This document shows, piece by piece, positions 61,731-64,000 of a stretch of 64,000 nucleotides of DNA. Position numbers and translations under genes: made by a program. Positions within the stretch are counted from its first letter, which is position 1. Each line of letters opens with the position of its first letter. A model generated the notes under the pieces. The model was not told where the DNA came from and ran no database searches. It saw only the letters and a list, made by a program, of their open reading frames with translations. The stretch comes from Eubacteriales bacterium (GTDB lineage: Bacteria; Bacillota; Clostridia; Oscillospirales; CAG-272): contig JAZQFQ010000020.1 in NCBI GenBank assembly GCA_045539595.1, positions 4,497-68,496 of the forward strand, read 5' to 3'.

Positions 61731-64000
61731 TTATTCATCCCAGAACTTTTCCAGAATCCGGCTTAGGGAGTAGGCGTCCCCCGTGTACTGCATCCGATTC
61801 CAATGGGCGGGGAACAATCGCCGTATGCCCGGATCGGCATACCGATCGTCGATCAGCACCACCACGCCCCGATCCTCCTCACTGCGGATCACGCGGCCCG
61901 CCGCCTGCAGGATCTTGTTCATGGCTGGATACAGATAGGCGTAATCGTGGCCGCTTTCTCTTGTCTTTTCGTAATATTCCGAGAGGATATTCAACTCGCT
62001 GGACAAGCCGGGCAGACCGATTCCCACGATGATAGAGCCGATAAGACTCTCTCCCTGCAGATCGATTCCCTCGGAGAAGATGCCGCCCAGCACGCAAAAC
62101 GCGGTCAGGCCCTCTCCCCGTGCGGCGGAGGCGGAAAAGGCACGCAAAAACCGATCCCGCTCGCCGATGCTCATCCCCTGCTTCTGCAAGATCACTTTGC
62201 TGCCCGGGGACAGTTTCAGATACTGCCGGCACACGGCGTTCATGTATTTGTAGGACGGGAAATAGACGATGTAATTCCCTGCCCGGCTCTCCGTCACGGC
62301 GGCGATCAATTCCGCCACGTCGGCGGAGGTATCCCGCCGCTGGGACAAGCGGGTTCCCACGGAATCCACCGTCACCAGGCACAGATTCTCCCGCTCATAG
62401 GGGGAGGGCAAATCCAGCCGCACGGCGTTTTTGCAGCCGCACACGTCGGCATAGTAATCCATGGGAGACAGGGTGGCGGAAAACAGGGCGGTACTCACCG
62501 CCTTCTTCATGGCCTCATCCAGCATCCGCGCAGGATCCAGACACATGAGACGCACAAGGCACTCCCCACCCGCCGCTTCGGCATAGAAGGAGAAGGCATC
62601 GTCCGCCAGGGCGGCGGATTCCGCAAAGCGGCGCAGGGCCGTGCGCATATCCTCAAAGAGGGGGGCGGCGTTATCGTAATCCCGCCGCAGATATTCGTCG
62701 CACACCGCCCGCATACGGCCCACCGCCTCCACAAGGAAGGGCGGCACCGCGGGCAACAGGATGCATCCCGCTCGCTCCCCGTCGGGGGATTCCTCCGCTT
62801 CGGCGGCGCACATGGCTTCGATGCCGTCGAAGGCGGCACGCAAACAATCGCACCCGTCGGCCAGAGGCCGATCGTCGGGCAAGGCGGCGCAGACGCTCTC
62901 CGCAAAGCGGAGAAATTCCGGCCGGCTCAGTGCGGCGGAATAGGTCTCCCTGGCCCGGTCAGGCAGATTGTGGGCCTCATCGAAGAGGAAAATATATTTC
63001 TCCCCCCGGTCCTGCACGAAATACCGCTGAAAACGGACGTGGGGATCCAGCAGGTAGCCGTAATCGCAGACAATCATATCGCAATATTCGCTGACATCCA
63101 GCGACAACTCATAGGGGCAGATGCCGTACTGCTCGGCGATTTTTACCATATCGGGGCTGTCGTACACCGTGCCGCTTTCCAAAACGGAAAGAAGGGCCCG
63201 ATCCCGCCGCTCCTCATAGGACTGCTTCCCCAGCGGGGCCAGCATCTCACAGCGGCGGCACATGCCGTGGGCGTTCTCCCCGTTTTTGCGGCGGGGACAC
63301 AGCCGCTCCTTAGCCGCGATGCGGCAGCACCGCAGGGTGGGACACTGTTCGCTCAGGGTGCGCACCGCATCCAGCGCTGCGTTGCCCGTCACTGTTTTTG
63401 CGGTGAAGTAGAAGATCCGATCCCCGTAACCGGCGCCCAGCGCCCGCAGGGACGGATACACGCCGGACATGGTTTTGCCGATGCCCGTAGGCGCACCGGC
63501 CAGGAGCCGACGGCCTGTCCGCACACAACGGAACATCTCTTCCATCAGATCCCGCTGTCCTTCCCGGATGGACGGATAGGGAAAGCGGAGTTTCCGCAGC
63601 TGTTCCCTACCCTCGCCCCATCGGCGGGCCTCCATAACCAAAAAAGGCTCCGCCCGGGCAAACAGCGCATCCATGGCGCGGACCAGCACCGCCCGGGCAA
63701 ACATGCCCTCCCAGCATTGCACCGCCCCGTCGGATTCACGCACAAACGCCATGCGGATGGCCAGACTCTCCCTGCCCTCTGCTTCCGCCAGCATACAGGC
63801 GCAGAGCATGACTTGCGAAAGCCATGCCGCGTCATCCCCGGGGCGGATCCGCTCCGGATTCCGCCGCACAAATTTGCGCGTCTCACAGCACAGGGTTGTC
63901 CCGTCAAAGGATACCGCATCGATCGCTCCGCGGAACACAAAGGAAAAGCCGCCGGATTCCCGCACAGCGGACACGGGCACATCCCGCCGCACATAGGCGA
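61731..64000 (-). CDS. XPD/DinG (Rad3)-family Fe-S DNA helicase; 5' end probably beyond window end
   Basis: Motif I GAPTGIGKT, DEAH box FDEAHNL, and a Cys cluster (CPRR...CRRC...CPYE) between motifs I and II. The frame stays open upstream of GTG 63990-63992 to the window end. Confidence 0.85.
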   Translation of the reverse strand, partial: AYVRRDVPVSAVRESGGFSFVFRGAIDAVSFDGTTLCCETRKFVRRNPERIRPGDDAAWLSQVMLCACMLAEAEGRESLAIRMAFVRESDGAVQCWEGMFARAVLVRAMDALFARAEPFLVMEARRWGEGREQLRKLRFPYPSIREGQRDLMEEMFRCVRTGRRLLAGAPTGIGKTMSGVYPSLRALGAGYGDRIFYFTAKTVTGNAALDAVRTLSEQCPTLRCCRIAAKERLCPRRKNGENAHGMCRRCEMLAPLGKQSYEERRDRALLSVLESGTVYDSPDMVKIAEQYGICPYELSLDVSEYCDMIVCDYGYLLDPHVRFQRYFVQDRGEKYIFLFDEAHNLPDRARETYSAALSRPEFLRFAESVCAALPDDRPLADGCDCLRAAFDGIEAMCAAEAEESPDGERAGCILLPAVPPFLVEAVGRMRAVCDEYLRRDYDNAAPLFEDMRTALRRFAESAALADDAFSFYAEAAGGECLVRLMCLDPARMLDEAMKKAVSTALFSATLSPMDYYADVCGCKNAVRLDLPSPYERENLCLVTVDSVGTRLSQRRDTSADVAELIAAVTESRAGNYIVYFPSYKYMNAVCRQYLKLSPGSKVILQKQGMSIGERDRFLRAFSASAARGEGLTAFCVLGGIFSEGIDLQGESLIGSIIVGIGLPGLSSELNILSEYYEKTRESGHDYAYLYPAMNKILQAAGRVIRSEEDRGVVVLIDDRYADPGIRRLFPAHWNRMQYTGDAYSLSRILEKFWDE

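Noticed and set aside
1-64000. Search for CRISPR arrays, tRNA/rRNA genes, IS elements, integrases and recognisable defence systems (restriction-modification, CBASS, Gabija, and so on)
   Set aside because: I saw no regularly spaced direct repeats and no cloverleaf-like or rRNA-like conserved stretches. No transposase, recombinase, methyltransferase or nuclease-NTPase gene pairs appear among the credible ORFs. Absence is based on reading only. tRNAscan/Infernal/PADLOC-type scans would be the decisive check.

Overview
64-kb chromosomal segment of a high-GC genome (hand counts of sample lines give about 60% G+C). Markers point to Firmicutes/Clostridia: Spo0A, an Ile T-box leader, an SLH motif and an mraZ-to-ftsZ division/cell-wall cluster. 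About 54 protein genes are supportable. I recognised no rRNA, tRNA, CRISPR array, transposase or integrase.

Gene order, left to right:
- Partial M29 aminopeptidase, DUF1508 protein, Fe-S aldo/keto reductase, PepF.
- An amino-acid ABC uptake operon that ends in ornithine carbamoyltransferase.
- A 6-kb phage-derived block: CI-like S24 repressor, divergent operator region, 1188-aa collagen/beta-helix fibre, M23-SLH endolysin and holins. It has no virion, replication or integration genes.
- T-box-controlled type-2 IleRS.
- A tight four-gene operon (AsnB-like amidotransferase, ATP-grasp ligase, Asp racemase, second MurE) that looks like a peptidoglycan side-chain/cross-bridge toolkit.
- A six-gene operon: DUF1836, NfeD, DUF2500, two paralogous polytopic unknowns, flotillin.
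- XRE-TPR regulator, ComEC-type MBL protein, a Spo0A with a degenerate receiver pocket, a glycerol-3-P-dehydrogenase-like trio.
- Mini-III RNase, apparently leaderless.
- A ~0.85-kb AT-rich islet carrying an orphan SUKH/SMI1-KNR4 immunity-type gene, then an ABC exporter.
- The dcw cluster (mraZ rsmH ftsL pbp murE murF mraY ftsW murG ftsQ ftsZ), with no murD, murC or ftsA.
- An EEP-domain lipoprotein, coaD, rsmD, uvrC, ptsH, typA and a partial XPD/DinG-like helicase.

Almost every real gene carries a long stop-free antisense shadow ORF (up to 1299 aa). I treat these as compositional artefacts.

Best candidates for something new: the orphan repressor-fibre-lysis module, the murE2 cross-bridge operon, the flotillin operon with two uncharacterised paralogues, the atypical Spo0A and the SUKH islet.
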